Assembly: GCA_965214935.1 (NCBI GenBank)
Contig: CBDCCS010000021.1
Span: 160,001 to 224,000 of the forward strand
Length of the DNA: 64,000 nucleotides
DNA from: Candidatus Velthaea sp.
GTDB taxonomy: Bacteria > Vulcanimicrobiota > Vulcanimicrobiia > Vulcanimicrobiales > Vulcanimicrobiaceae
Direction of reading: 5' to 3'
Positions 18,986 to 28,639 of this stretch are shown piece by piece. Every line of letters starts with the position of its first letter. The first letter of the stretch is position 1. The notes under the pieces are model-generated. The model was not told the DNA's origin. It did not search any database and was given only the letters and a program-made list of their open reading frames with translations. Made by a program: the position numbers and the translations under genes.

Positions 18986-21460
18986 CTAGGGCTTACGCGT
19001 CGAGCTCACTCCGCTACGCCGGACCGTACGCTTCCGTTCGGCGCGGACACCTTTAGCCGCCGGTTGACGCAAGGCAACGACGTTACTCGCGCGCCGGGGT
19101 TGCGGCTCATTACCGAGCAGCACCGGCGTGATGACGCGCTTGCCGAGTGCATTGAGAAACACTTCACTCAACTCATCGACCATCACGAACTCCATTGTAT
19201 CGCGGACTTCTTTCGGCACGTCTTCGAGATCGATCTCGTTGCGCCGCGGCAACAAAATCTTCTTAATTCCGGCGCGCTTCGCGCCGAGCACCTTCTCCTT
19301 GACGCCACCGATCGGGAGTACTTGACCGGTGAGGGTGATCTCGCCGGTCATCGCAAGATCGCTGTCGACCTTGAGCCCGGTCAGCATCGATGTAATCGAC
19401 GTCGCCATCGAGATACCGGCCGACGGACCATCCTTCGGCACCGCGCCGGCCGGAACGTGAATGTGCAGATCGTGCTTGGCAAAGTAATCGTCGGCCAAGC
19501 CGAGTTCGGTTTGCCGCGAGCGTAAGAAGCTCACGGCAGCCGTCGCCGACTCTTTCATCACGTCGCCCAGCTGTCCGGTCAACGTAACTTTGCCGGTACC
19601 CGGCATCGCGGTTGTCTCGATGAACAAGATGTCGCCGCCCACCGGTGTCCATGCAAGACCCGTCGCAACGCCGATCGAGGCGACGCGTTTCTTGACTTCA
19701 TTGTAGAACCGCGGCTTCGATAGGTATTCGACCAGATTCTCGGCCTTGATCCGAGCCTTGAAGCGCGGCTCTTCGGCAATCTTGCGCGCAACTTTACGAA
19801 AAACCGTGCCGACCTCGCGCTCGAGATTCCGGACGCCGGCCTCGCGGGTGTAATCGACGATGATGTTTTTGAGCGCTACGTCGTTAATTTGGGCTTGCGT
19901 TTCACGTAAGCCGTTTGCGGTGCGCTGCTTCGGGATCAAATACCGCTTGGCAATTTGCATTTTCTCGAATTCGGTATAACCGGCTAACTGGATGATCTCC
20001 ATCCGATCGCGCAACGCCGAACTAATGGTATCGAGCTGGTTGGCCGTGCAAACGAACAGCACTTGGCTTAAATCGAACGGCAAATCTAAGTAATGATCGC
20101 GAAACGTATTGTTTTGTTCGGGATCGAGAACTTCAAGCAGCGCCGATTGCGGATCACCACGGAAATCGCCGCCGACCTTGTCGATTTCATCGATCATCAT
20201 GACCGGATTGTTCGTACCGGCATCGCGCAGGGCGCGGATGATCGAGCCCGGCATGGCACCGATATACGTCCGCCGATGACCGCGAATCTCGGCCTCGTCG
20301 CGCACGCCGCCGACTGACAACCGAATGAATTTACGGCCCATCGCTTTCGCGATCGATTGGCCGAGCGACGTCTTACCGACGCCCGGCGGTCCGACGAAGC
20401 AAAGAATCGGGCCGGTCAACTTGTTGCGCAACTTGCCTACGGCAAGGTACTCGACGATCCGGTCTTTGATCTTCTCAAGATCGTAATGATCTTCGTCGAG
20501 CACGCGACGGGCTTGCGGTATGTCGATTTGATCGGATGTTGATTTCGCCCACGGTAACTGCGTGATCCAATCGAGGTACGTCCGGATCACCGAGTATTCC
20601 GGCGACGCGGTCGGAACTTTCGTCAGCCGGTCGAGTTCGCGATCGGCGGCTTTCTTGACGTCTTCGGGCAGCTTTGCTTCGTCGAGCTTTTTGCGCAGCT
20701 CGTTGGTTTCGGCTTGCTGCGGGTCGGTCTCACCAAGCTCTTCTTGAATGGCACGTAACTGCTGGCGTAAATAAAACTCGCGCTGATTTTTCTCCATCTC
20801 GCGCTGAATATCGCTTTGGATCTTATGCCCGAGCTCGACGACTTCGAGTTCTTTGGTGATGAGCATCGTCAGCTTACGCAGCCGCTTCTCGGTATTGCGC
20901 TCTTCAAGGATCGCTTGGCGATCTTTGGTATCGAGCCGCATCGTCGAGGCGACGAAATACGTCAGCAAATTCGGGTCGGAGATGTTGTTGACTTCCATCT
21001 CCATCTCGCGCGGCGCTTGCGGCAAGTAACTCAGCAGCTTGGAAAAAAGCGTTGCGAGATTGCGCTGCATGGCAACGACGTCGTCATTTTCACGCGTGAT
21101 GTCCGGCAGTTCGGTGTACGTTGCCGCCAGGTACGGCTCGGTGCCGACGAACTCGTCGATCCGGAAAACCGGTCCGCCGGCTACAATGCAACGCAGCGTG
21201 CCGTCGGGAACTTTCAGCATCTTTTGCACGGTACCGATCGTACCGACGCGCACGACGTCGTTCGGGCCCGGCTCGTCGATGTCTTTATCGCGCATAACGA
21301 CCAAGCCGATCGGCTTGCCGTCGCGCAATGCTTCCTCAACGAGCGCGATACCCGGCTTCTTGACGACGGCAAGCGGGATCACGGTATTCGGGAACAGCAC
21401 CGCTTCTTGAAGCGGCAAAATGCCTAAAATATCCGGATTTTTTGATGAACGAGTGGCCAT
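18986..21460 (-). CDS. lon: ATP-dependent protease La (LonA)
   Basis: LON N-domain, DHYDLEKIKDRI, GPPGVGKTS, IDEIDK, EAGVR, PKDGPSAG (Ser), IGGVKEK (Lys). Confidence 0.98.
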   Translation of the reverse strand: MATRSSKNPDILGILPLQEAVLFPNTVIPLAVVKKPGIALVEEALRDGKPIGLVVMRDKDIDEPGPNDVVRVGTIGTVQKMLKVPDGTLRCIVAGGPVFRIDEFVGTEPYLAATYTELPDITRENDDVVAMQRNLATLFSKLLSYLPQAPREMEMEVNNISDPNLLTYFVASTMRLDTKDRQAILEERNTEKRLRKLTMLITKELEVVELGHKIQSDIQREMEKNQREFYLRQQLRAIQEELGETDPQQAETNELRKKLDEAKLPEDVKKAADRELDRLTKVPTASPEYSVIRTYLDWITQLPWAKSTSDQIDIPQARRVLDEDHYDLEKIKDRIVEYLAVGKLRNKLTGPILCFVGPPGVGKTSLGQSIAKAMGRKFIRLSVGGVRDEAEIRGHRRTYIGAMPGSIIRALRDAGTNNPVMMIDEIDKVGGDFRGDPQSALLEVLDPEQNNTFRDHYLDLPFDLSQVLFVCTANQLDTISSALRDRMEIIQLAGYTEFEKMQIAKRYLIPKQRTANGLRETQAQINDVALKNIIVDYTREAGVRNLEREVGTVFRKVARKIAEEPRFKARIKAENLVEYLSKPRFYNEVKKRVASIGVATGLAWTPVGGDILFIETTAMPGTGKVTLTGQLGDVMKESATAAVSFLRSRQTELGLADDYFAKHDLHIHVPAGAVPKDGPSAGISMATSITSMLTGLKVDSDLAMTGEITLTGQVLPIGGVKEKVLGAKRAGIKKILLPRRNEIDLEDVPKEVRDTMEFVMVDELSEVFLNALGKRVITPVLLGNEPQPRRASNVVALRQPAAKGVRAERKRTVRRSGVSSTRKP

Positions 21461-21888
21461 TAGGCAAGGGTCCTTTGAACGACCATGCGGAGTTCGGTCC
21501 GGCGAGTCGTAAACGAAGCATGGGGCGCGAGCGGTAAACTGATCGTAAGGATTCCATCGCGATAGACGGCGGTACCGTGATCGTCGTCGACGGGCGCGGG
21601 CAGATGCAGCTTCTTCACAAACTCACCGTACTGAATTTCTTTTTGATGGATCGAACCGGATGAGTTGAAGCGACCGATCCGCGCGCCGACGATAAACAGG
21701 TTCTGCTCGTCGATAGCAACGCGCAGACTTTCGGCATCGGCGCCCGCCAGTTCAACGTGCACGACGACCCGCTGACGCTCGCGGTCGACATACACATCGG
21801 CATTGGGCTCGAAGCGTCCGTGCCGAGCACGCCGCGCGAGATCGGCGAAAAGCCGATCGAATTCGGCGGCAAATTGGTCTTCACGCAC
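21460..21888 (-). CDS. Hsp20/alpha-crystallin small heat shock protein
   Basis: PNADVY, VELAG, EIQYGEF...LP, AVYRDGILTISLP. GTG at 21888 follows SD GAGGAG; stop overlaps the lon ATG. Confidence 0.9.
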   Translation of the reverse strand: MREDQFAAEFDRLFADLARRARHGRFEPNADVYVDRERQRVVVHVELAGADAESLRVAIDEQNLFIVGARIGRFNSSGSIHQKEIQYGEFVKKLHLPAPVDDDHGTAVYRDGILTISLPLAPHASFTTRRTELRMVVQRTLA

Positions 21889-21908
21889 GCCTGTCGCTCC
21901 TCTCATGG

Positions 21909-21935
21909 TTAGCACTCCGTTGAACACAGTGCCAG
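21909..21935. promoter_or_regulatory. CIRCE-like (HrcA) operator upstream of hsp20-lon
   Basis: TTAGCACTC-N9-CAGTGCCAG versus consensus TTAGCACTC-N9-GAGTGCTAA; one arm is perfect. Confidence 0.75.
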
Positions 21936-21950
21936 CCGCGACGGATGCGC

Positions 21951-22811
21951 TTAGGTTGCGGCCAATGCCTCCATTGCAACATTGACCGACAATTCGCTGC
22001 CTGCGCCGACGGATGCGCCCTTATATACGCCGCGCACCGGGCTCACATCGCGATAATCGCGACCGACCGCAATCTTCACGAACTCGTCGTTGATCTGCTT
22101 ATCGTTCGTCGGATCGAAGCCGACCCAACCGTAGGGCGGCAAATAAGCCTCGCACCATGCATGCGACGCCTCCGCACCTAAGATGCCGCTCTCCTGACCG
22201 CTGAAGATATAACCGCTGACGTAGCGTGCGGGGATCGCCGCAAAACGGCAAAGCGCAACGAGGATATGAGCGAAATCTTGGCAGACGCCGCCACGCAAAT
22301 GGACCGACTCGTCGACCGTCGTCCGAACGCTCGTCGCACCACGATCGTACGTGAAGCCGGCATTGATGGCATGACCCGCCGCAAGATACCAGGCGCCGAT
22401 GTCGTCGCCCGGCGCGCCGATCTGTGCTGCTAACGCGCGCAACTCGGGACCGAAAGCGATATACGTACTTTCGTGCAAAAAATCATAGAGTTGTGCGTAC
22501 GACGGGTCGCCGGCAAGCGCTTCACGAGTTGCATCGATCGTGTCGCCGGGCTCCGCCGGACGGACGGTGGCCACCGCCGAACGCGCGGTGATCGACAATA
22601 CGTCATGATCGGGCAGCACGCCGAAGTGCTGCACTTGATTGCCGAACCGGTCGACGTAACTAAACGCGCGCGCACGCGGTGAAATCTGCAAGTCGTATTT
22701 CGTGCAATACTGGGTCGTATCGCTTAGCGGCTGCAAATGACAGACGGTATACGATTCGTGTATCTTGGCCGGGTAGCGGTACGTCGTCTGATGGAGGATC
22801 GTGAATTCCAC
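21951..22811 (-). CDS. Transglutaminase-like protein with bacterial N-terminal domain
   Basis: H.T.Y.Y, D.FGN, catalytic triad GVCQDFAH / SHAW / GFDPTN, GRDY.DV.P.RG. Confidence 0.93.
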   Translation of the reverse strand: MEFTILHQTTYRYPAKIHESYTVCHLQPLSDTTQYCTKYDLQISPRARAFSYVDRFGNQVQHFGVLPDHDVLSITARSAVATVRPAEPGDTIDATREALAGDPSYAQLYDFLHESTYIAFGPELRALAAQIGAPGDDIGAWYLAAGHAINAGFTYDRGATSVRTTVDESVHLRGGVCQDFAHILVALCRFAAIPARYVSGYIFSGQESGILGAEASHAWCEAYLPPYGWVGFDPTNDKQINDEFVKIAVGRDYRDVSPVRGVYKGASVGAGSELSVNVAMEALAAT

Positions 22812-22820
22812 GCGCGCCCC

Positions 22821-23759
22821 TTATGCGACCGGAACGCGCGGGAAATAGGATGTCTGCACGGCCATGCCGACCGCATCGAGCCGCGCGCCGATTCGCGCGC
22901 TGAAGTTCGTCGGACCTTCGTCGAGAATCTCTTGCAGTTGTACGAAGTCAAGCATCGCTTGTAAGCGTCCCGTGACCCGCTCGGCTTCATCGCTATAGGT
23001 GCCCATCGCCGTGCCCGACAAGCGGTGTAAGGCGTGGTCGACTTCACTCGTGCAAAAACGAACCGAACGTGGAAAGCTGCGGTGTAAGAACAAGAACGCG
23101 AGCGCTTCGCTAGGGTCGGACGACAGCCGCTGCGTCCGCACGAACGGTTCGCTTGCACAGCACATCTCGAGCAGCCGCTGCCACTCCGGCGCGGAGTCGT
23201 CACCGGCGACGTGGGTCTTAAGTACGCGCGTCGTCATCGAAGCGCGCTCGAGAAAACGGCCGATTTGCAAGAAGCTCCATTCATCGTCGTGCGTGATCGT
23301 CGCATCGACGATCCCGCCGAAGGCTTGCGCAGCGTCGCGCACCTTACGCAAGAACGACGACGGTCCTTCGCGAGCAATGGCTCGCGGCGATTGCGCCTCG
23401 ACGAACAAGTACATTGAATTGATCGCTTCCCAGACTTCGGTCGTCAATTCGGCGCGAACGCCCAGTGCATTCGATCGCGCAATGCGGATGCACGAAATAA
23501 CCGAACTTCGATTCTCGGTTGCAAACGTGCCGTAAGCGAACGCGTCGTTGGCCATCGTCGGACCGTCAAAGCGCGGCACTTCCTCGGGACCGCCGGCGAG
23601 TTCAAGGACGCTGGACCAAACACGCCGCGCCCGCTCGTTACCGGCCGTGAGCCGATCGACGGTACGATTGAACGCAACGTCGATGATCCGCGCCAGCGAC
23701 TCGGCGCGCTCGATGTTGCGGCTCATCCAGTACAGCGACTCAGCGACGCGCGAAAGCAT
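22821..23759 (-). CDS. Alpha-E domain protein (DUF403 type)
   Basis: MLSRVAESLYWMSRNIERAE, AR.NA..VR, WEAIN, GRFLERA, FPRSVRF. Confidence 0.93.
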   Translation of the reverse strand: MLSRVAESLYWMSRNIERAESLARIIDVAFNRTVDRLTAGNERARRVWSSVLELAGGPEEVPRFDGPTMANDAFAYGTFATENRSSVISCIRIARSNALGVRAELTTEVWEAINSMYLFVEAQSPRAIAREGPSSFLRKVRDAAQAFGGIVDATITHDDEWSFLQIGRFLERASMTTRVLKTHVAGDDSAPEWQRLLEMCCASEPFVRTQRLSSDPSEALAFLFLHRSFPRSVRFCTSEVDHALHRLSGTAMGTYSDEAERVTGRLQAMLDFVQLQEILDEGPTNFSARIGARLDAVGMAVQTSYFPRVPVA

Positions 23760-23789
23760 GCTCTCTCCGTTCGATGACGCGCAAGTTTC

Positions 23790-25226
23790 TCAATCTAGAA
23801 TCCAGGTATCTTTACTGCCGCCGCCCTGCGACGAATTGACGACGAGCGAACCTTCTTGCAAGGCGACGCGCGTCAACGCGCAGGCCGGAACGTCGACATC
23901 TTCGCCATACAGAACGTACGGGCGCAAATCGATATGACGCGGCGCGATCGTGTCGCCGACGATCGTCGGATGACACGACAGCGGAATGATCGGCTGAGCG
24001 ATGAACTCGCGCGGCGTCGCTTCGATCGCCAACCGAAATTTCTCGCGATCGATCTTCGTCGCCGACGGACCCATAAGCATACCGTAACCGCCGGACTGGT
24101 TGGTGTTCTTGACGACGAGTTCATCGAGGTGCGACACCACGTGGCGACGTTGCAGAGCGTCGTTGCAATCGAAGGTCGGCACGTTGGGCAGCACCGGATC
24201 TTCACCCAGATAATACTTGATCATCGCGGGAACGAACGGATAAACCGCTTTGTCGTCGGCGACGCCGCTGCCGATGGCGTTTGCCAGCACGACGTTGCCG
24301 GCGCGGTAGGCGTCCATGAGACCGGCGACACCCAGCGACGAGTCGGCGCGAAAGTACAGTGGATCGAGGAAGTCATCGTCGACCCGGCGGTAGATCACAT
24401 CAACGCGCCGCGTCCCCTTCGTTGTCTTCATGTAGACGACGTTGTCGCGCACGATCAGGTCGTGGCCTTCGACGAGTTCGACGCCCATGCGGCGTGCCAG
24501 CATCGTATGCTCGAAGTATGCCGAATTATAAATGCCCGGCGTCAGCAGCACGATCGTCGGTTCGATATTACCGTACGGTGCGGCGTTGGTCAGCGCGGCG
24601 CGCAGCCGGCGCGGATAGTCGTCGACGGGCCGCGGCTGATAGTGTTCGAATAGCAGCGGAAACGAACGTTTGAGCACGTCCCGATTCTCAAGTACGTACG
24701 AGATGCCCGAGGGCGTTCGCAAGTTGTCTTCGAGGACGTAGTACGTCCCATCGCGGCCGCGAATGAGATCGACGCCCGAAACGTGGATATAAATATCCTT
24801 GGGCAGCTTGAGTCCGATCATCTCGCGCGAATAGAACCGGGATGAGAAGATCAGATCCCACGGTATGACACCGTCGTTAAGGATGCACTGTTTACCGTAC
24901 ACGTCGGCCAGGAACGCGTTGAGCGCATACACACGCTGCTTGATGCCGCGTTTGATGAGCGCCCACTCATCGCCCGGAACGATCCGCGGTATCAAATCGA
25001 AGGGCAAGATGCGCTCGGTTCCGCGCGCATCGGCATAGACGGTAAAGGTAACGCCACGTTGTAACAACACCGCGTTGACCGTCGCAACGCGATGTTGAAA
25101 GTCGCTCCAATCGATCGAACCCAGCGTGCGCGCAAGCCCGGCGTAATGCGAGCGCGGGACACCTAGAGCATCGGCGAACTCATCGTAGAAGTCGACGCGC
25201 GCGTAGCGCTCGAGAAGCGGCTGCAT
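23790..25226 (-). CDS. Circularly permuted type 2 ATP-grasp protein
   Basis: PFDLIPR, LEDNLRTPSGISY, TPGIYNSAYFEH, YRRVDDDFLDP, SGGYGM, DLRP, VVNSSQGGGSKDTW. Confidence 0.95.
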   Translation of the reverse strand: MQPLLERYARVDFYDEFADALGVPRSHYAGLARTLGSIDWSDFQHRVATVNAVLLQRGVTFTVYADARGTERILPFDLIPRIVPGDEWALIKRGIKQRVYALNAFLADVYGKQCILNDGVIPWDLIFSSRFYSREMIGLKLPKDIYIHVSGVDLIRGRDGTYYVLEDNLRTPSGISYVLENRDVLKRSFPLLFEHYQPRPVDDYPRRLRAALTNAAPYGNIEPTIVLLTPGIYNSAYFEHTMLARRMGVELVEGHDLIVRDNVVYMKTTKGTRRVDVIYRRVDDDFLDPLYFRADSSLGVAGLMDAYRAGNVVLANAIGSGVADDKAVYPFVPAMIKYYLGEDPVLPNVPTFDCNDALQRRHVVSHLDELVVKNTNQSGGYGMLMGPSATKIDREKFRLAIEATPREFIAQPIIPLSCHPTIVGDTIAPRHIDLRPYVLYGEDVDVPACALTRVALQEGSLVVNSSQGGGSKDTWILD

Positions 25227-25308
25227 GGTTCGGGCAACTTCAGCCTAACCGGTGACTTCACTTGGGCCACGTGGCCAACGCGCAACGCAAACCGGGTAGA
25301 GAACTAGC

Positions 25309-25731
25309 ATGGATTCACAAACTGCCCGCCGCTCGTTTGCCATCGGCGTAGCATCCGGACTGCGTTCGATGACCGGCCCGGCCGTTGCGCGTTGGCAGGC
25401 GAACGATCCGCTGCGCTTAGCGTTTGCCGCGCTCGCCGCCGGGGAACTGATCGCCGACAAGTTGCCGGCAACGCCCGCGCGCACCGTCGTGCCGTCCGTC
25501 GTCTTCCGAACTCTGGCGGGGGGCTTCGCCGGGCGTAGCGTCGCCGTTGCGTTGAAAGGCGACGTCGTCCGCGGGGCGATCGCCGGAGCGCTCGGGGCGC
25601 TAGCCGGTACCTACGGCGGTTACTTCTTGCGCACGCAGATCGTACGTGCAACGGCGCTACCGGATTTCGTCGTCGCGATCGTCGAGGACGCAATCGCCGT
25701 TTATGGTTCGCTCGCGGCGGCGCGCGTTTAA
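25309..25731 (+). CDS. DUF4126-like membrane protein
   Basis: [25 protein letters not shown]. Confidence 0.75.
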   Translation: MDSQTARRSFAIGVASGLRSMTGPAVARWQANDPLRLAFAALAAGELIADKLPATPARTVVPSVVFRTLAGGFAGRSVAVALKGDVVRGAIAGALGALAGTYGGYFLRTQIVRATALPDFVVAIVEDAIAVYGSLAAARV

Positions 25732-25868
25732 GGCAGCGATTCATCCACAGCTTCCACAGCTTGCGTGTGGAAGCTAACATGACGTTAACGTCGCTGCGGC
25801 GTGCCCATGTTCGATCGGCCGTCCAACGGATTTCGTGCCGTTCGCTGCGAACGCTATGCGGAGTCGAC

Positions 25869-26997
25869 ATGATCGAGCTCAACGGCGTTCGCGACGCCCT
25901 CGCCACCTTGACGGCAGGCAGCCCGCGTTTCTATCGCGCTCCCGGCCGGCTTAACCTCATCGGCGATCACGTTGACTGCAGCGAAGGCTTCGTGCTGCCG
26001 ATCGCCATCGATCGGATGACGGTCGTTTGCGGCGGCGCCACGGGCGCGACCGTCTCGTCCGGCTGCGTTCGATCGCGCGCAGTGAAATAGCCGAGTTCAG
26101 CTTAGACGACACCGACCCGCTGCCGCGAACCGGCTGGATGGACGATTTCCGCCGCATTGCCGTCGGCTTGGAACGGCGTGGGGTAACGCTGCGCGGCGCC
26201 GATCTCGCGGTTTCGTACCACAATTCCGCAGCAGGCAGGCCTGGCTTCATCGGCGTCGCTCGGGTTGGCCGGAGCACTCGCGCTGCTGGGAACCGCGGGT
26301 GCCGAGATGGCCGTCGAAGCCGTCGTCGAGGTGTGTCGTGAAATCGATGGAGAAGTTGCGCCGATTGCGTCGGCCATGGGCAAGCGCGATCACGCGCTGC
26401 TCATCGATTGCCGCAGCGGCGAAGCAACGACGGTACCCCTGGTGCTCAGCGGTGTTGCAATCGTCGTCTGCGATTCGCACGTCGTGCGCGATCATGCCGC
26501 AATCGAAACGTAAACGCCGCACCGAGTGCGAGGACGCCGCCGACCTTTTACGGACGCACCTGCGCCGCGTAAAAACGCTGCGCGATGTATCGCTTGCCGA
26601 CTTTTTGCGACTCGGTGAAAAACTGCCCGCCACGTTGCGCCGGCGGACGCGGCACGTGGTGACCGAAAATGTTCGCGTTCTGCAAACCGTTGCGGCGATG
26701 CGCGCCGAGGACCCCGTTGCGGTGGGCGGGCGCCTCAATGAATCGCACGATTCGCTGCGCGACGACTATGACGTCAGCGCGCCGGAACTCGACGTGCTCG
26801 TGAGTGCCGCCCGAGCCGTACCCGGCGTTTTCGGCTCGCGGATGACCGGTCGCAGCGGAGCGACCGTTTCGCTCGTGCGGCGCGAAGTGCTGCCCGCGTT
26901 CCGGGCGGCGGTCGCTACCGCGTACCGTTCGGCCTTCGGACGCGAACCGGCAATGCTCGAAGTTCGCGCCGCAGATGGGGCGTCGCTCATCGGTTAA
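25869..26997 (+). pseudogene. galK: Galactokinase, disrupted by about 3 frameshifts
   Basis: Motifs fall in successive segments with frame changes between them: [32 protein letters not shown]...ALLIDCRS; RR.EC...HVVTEN.RV...SHDSLRDDY.VS.PELD, GSRMTG. Confidence 0.8.
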
Positions 26998-27460
26998 GGC
27001 CAACGGGAGCCCAGGGTGTGTCCTTTGGCTCCGTTTGCGGTTATTTGCCCGGGGTATCATGAAGCTCCACCGCTTGCACGCTCTGAGGGCTTTCATGACG
27101 GACCCCCAACCGATTCACGACGACGCACTCTACGTCGTCCCTCCACGCCTGGGCTGCGACATATCTGCACCCGGCCGCCCGCAGCGTCGCGCCGGAAACC
27201 GGAACGTTCGCCGAGCAGATCTCGACGCAAGCGGTTCGTTTACGCGAAAGCGCCGTTTTGCTCCAAGCGGCACTCGAGAAAATGCGTTTGGCTAACGAGC
27301 GTCTTGCCGCGCGCATGGCCGAACACAAAGCTTTTTTTTGCAAAGTATCAAACGCCGGGGTAGCAACAACGCCTTGCGGCTCGCATGACCGTTGCGGGTT
27401 GTGGCCGATAGGTTGGTGGAACGAGTGTGTCATGATAATGACGCAAACGGATAAACGCTA

Positions 27461-28482
27461 ATGCGCGCCCAGCAACTCGACGCGCCCGGGCCCATCGAAT
27501 CACATCCCCTAACGCTGCGCGATATACCGGTGCCCAAACCCGGCTCGGGCGAAGTGCTCATCAAGGTTACGGCGTGCGGCGTGTGCCGCTCGAATCTGCA
27601 CATGATCGAAGGTGATTGGGTCGCAAACGGCGTGCCGGCGAAATCACCGATCGTGCCCGGCCACGAAGTTGTTGGGCAGATTGCCGAGCTTGGAGCCGGC
27701 GTCGATTGGCTCAAAGTGGGCGATCGCGTCGGCGTACAAACCGCTTTTGGTCGACGTGCGGTCATTGCGAATTCTGTCTAACGGCGCGCGAGCAGCTTTG
27801 CCAAAGTTCCGTCAAGCAAATTACCGGTGAAACCGTCGACGGCGGCTACGCTGAGTACATGCTCGGCTATGCCTTGCACACGTATAAAATTCCCGATTCG
27901 ATCGGCGACGCGGAAGCCGCACCGCTGTTCTGCCCAGGCGTAACGGCATATGGAGCCGTGCACAAAGCGCAATTACAGCCGGGTCAAACGATGGCGCTCT
28001 TCGGCGTCGGCGGCGTCGGGCACATGGTGTTGCAATTTGCAGCGTTGACCGGCGCCGGCATGATCGCCGTTGCGCGCGGTAGCAATCACTTGAAATTAGC
28101 CGAGAAGCTCGGCGCAATGCATACGATCGACTCGAATAAGTACGATGCCGGCGTCGAGCTAAAGAAACATGGCGGCGTCGATGTTGCAATCGTCTTTGCG
28201 CCGTCGACGCCGATGTTGCGTCAAGCGATCGCAGGGACCAAGCCCGGCGGAAAAATTATTGTCGGCACGTTTACCGAGCCGGGGCCGTTCTTTTTTCCTG
28301 ACCAAAAACAGATCATCGGCTCGGTAATCGGTTCGCGCTGGGAGATGGAAGACGTGCTGAAGATCGCAGCGACCGGTAAAGTCAAATCGATGGTTGAGAC
28401 CTATACGCTAGACAAGACGGACGAAGCGCTACGCGCGCTCAAAGCCGGCGAGATCGAAGCGCGCGCGGTCATTACCATGTAA
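27461..28482 (+). pseudogene. Zinc-dependent alcohol dehydrogenase with a frameshift near 27737-27748 (possibly a sequencing error)
   Basis: First frame: CGVCRSNLH, PGHE, GDRVG. Second frame: CGHCEFC...LC, GGYAEY, LFCPGVT, GVGGVG. Confidence 0.8.
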
Positions 28483-28639
28483 ACAGCCGACACGCTTGGC
28501 CCGTCGTGCAGCGTGCCGTTGGCCGCCGATCCGACGGGCCCCGTCCGTGCCGATCGTACCGGGAAGCCGCAAGTGCACTACGTGCCGGCGCTCGTTAGAC
28601 GGCCTCGAAGCCGGCGTTACTTTGGCCGATAACCCTTAC

